Origin: Dicyema japonicum
Lineage: Eukaryota > Animalia > Dicyemida
Reading direction: 5' to 3'
DNA: 49,557 nucleotides
Assembly (NCBI GenBank): GCA_011109175.1
Contig: RDEW01000134.1
Span: forward strand, 1-49,557
The position numbers and the translations under genes are program-made. Below, in pieces: positions 48,371-49,557 of this stretch. The notes beneath the pieces are model-generated. The model saw only the letters and a list, made by a program, of their open reading frames with translations. It was not told the DNA's origin and did no database searches. Each line of letters starts with the position of its first letter. Within the stretch, counting starts at the first letter, position 1.

Positions 48371-49557
48371 TTGTGCTGGGCTTACAATGGTAAGCCTGGG
48401 GTGATAATAATAAAAACAATTATTCACTTGCAACACAGCATTTCAGCACGCTGCATAGCATATCACGACATGGACGGAGAACGCCGAGACTCAAATGGAC
48501 ATGTAATCAAAATATATAACCAAATTGACTACATTCTGTGTCGACAATCACAGAAAACCCTACTTTCAGATGCCCGAACATATGGAGGAACGGTAACATC
48601 GAGTGACCATAAACTATTTATAACCAATCTTCCCCTAAAAAGAAGATATTAGGATTAACAGAGTCGAAAAACAGACGCAGAGAAGTTAGATAAGCAGTCG
48701 ACTCTTAAGAACAATCCTGTCCACAGAAATAGCTATTCAGCTAAATTATCACAAACCATAGAACCGATCAATCTCAATCTACCTGCTGGAAGTTTATGGA
48801 ATAAATTCATAAACAAATAAAATCAGTGGCTAATCATACGATTAGGACAATTCCCAAAACCTTCAAAGGATTACACGACCCCCAATTAGATCACCTCTCC
48901 CATTTACGAAAGAATCTACGTATCAAATGCATGAACACCCACAACAAGTGAAAGTAACTGAGTTCAAAATCCTAAGAAACAAAATTATGTGAAAAATCAA
49001 GAAAAATATAAGCCCACTACGTGGATTTATCGAGCTAGCCAAAGTAAGGTTTGTCTTCCATGCCGTTTGGAGCAACAAATGATTGCTTAAGCAAAAATAT
49101 AAGAGGAGTACCACATAATGGGAATCGACCATCTAAAGCATTTGACTCAATCACAGATTCAAGATGATACAAATATTAACAACACACTCAAGGAAAATTG
49201 CATCAAAATAATTCGTTATCTACTCTTCTCCACTTAACTAATTATATAGGTCGAAAATCAGAAATCCAGAGTATTCGGAAAAACAAAAGCACCCCAAGGA
49301 AACGCGCTATCCCCGGTCTTATTTCATCGCATATCTAGAGGCGACCCTACGAGATGATAGAAATATATCCCCATACATATATCGAAAGTCATCTTCGCAG
49401 ATGACATAGATCTCACGCCAATAGACCACTAATTAGAAGGCATTATCGACAAATTGTCAAAAACATTTGAAAAATCTTTCCTATAAATTAAGACCGAAAA
49501 AACAGAATATACTACTTAGGAGATGCAGAAGACATACTACGAAAAAATCAAATGTCA
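48371..49557 (+). mobile_element. RTE-like LINE, APE end to RT with internal deletion, runs off the window
   Basis: NQIDYIL, SDHKL, PQGNALSPVLF..YLEA, IFADDIDL. Confidence 0.85.

Overview
This is AT-rich eukaryotic (animal) nuclear DNA. It holds three recognisable host genes buried in a dense, nested transposon graveyard. The genes are mitochondrial ATP synthase subunit f (9442-9809, -), carnitine palmitoyltransferase 1 (20230-23002, +) and a TBC1D15/17-like Rab GAP (39102-40911, +). All three were reconstructed by hand. They use the standard genetic code and contain 31 GT-AG introns of only 21-27 nt, plus one of 66 nt. Such introns, with a protostome-type subunit f and a metazoan CPT1, point to a dicyemid mesozoan (inference; an orthonectid or myxozoan is not excluded). 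The rest is mostly degenerate mobile DNA: about ten CRE-clade RLE retrotransposon pieces, many being tiny 3' stubs; four R4/Dong-like RLE elements resembling microsporidian families; five RTE-like LINEs with (TAA)n tails; Ingi/jockey-group LINEs, one starting with a 2A StopGo peptide; two or three SINE-like families; three pogo/Tigger pieces, one with both TIRs; two hAT-type transposons; and a Helitron Rep fragment. No prokaryote-type system, CRISPR array, rRNA or intact tRNA was seen. TE boundaries are approximate and family calls rest on motif recognition by eye.
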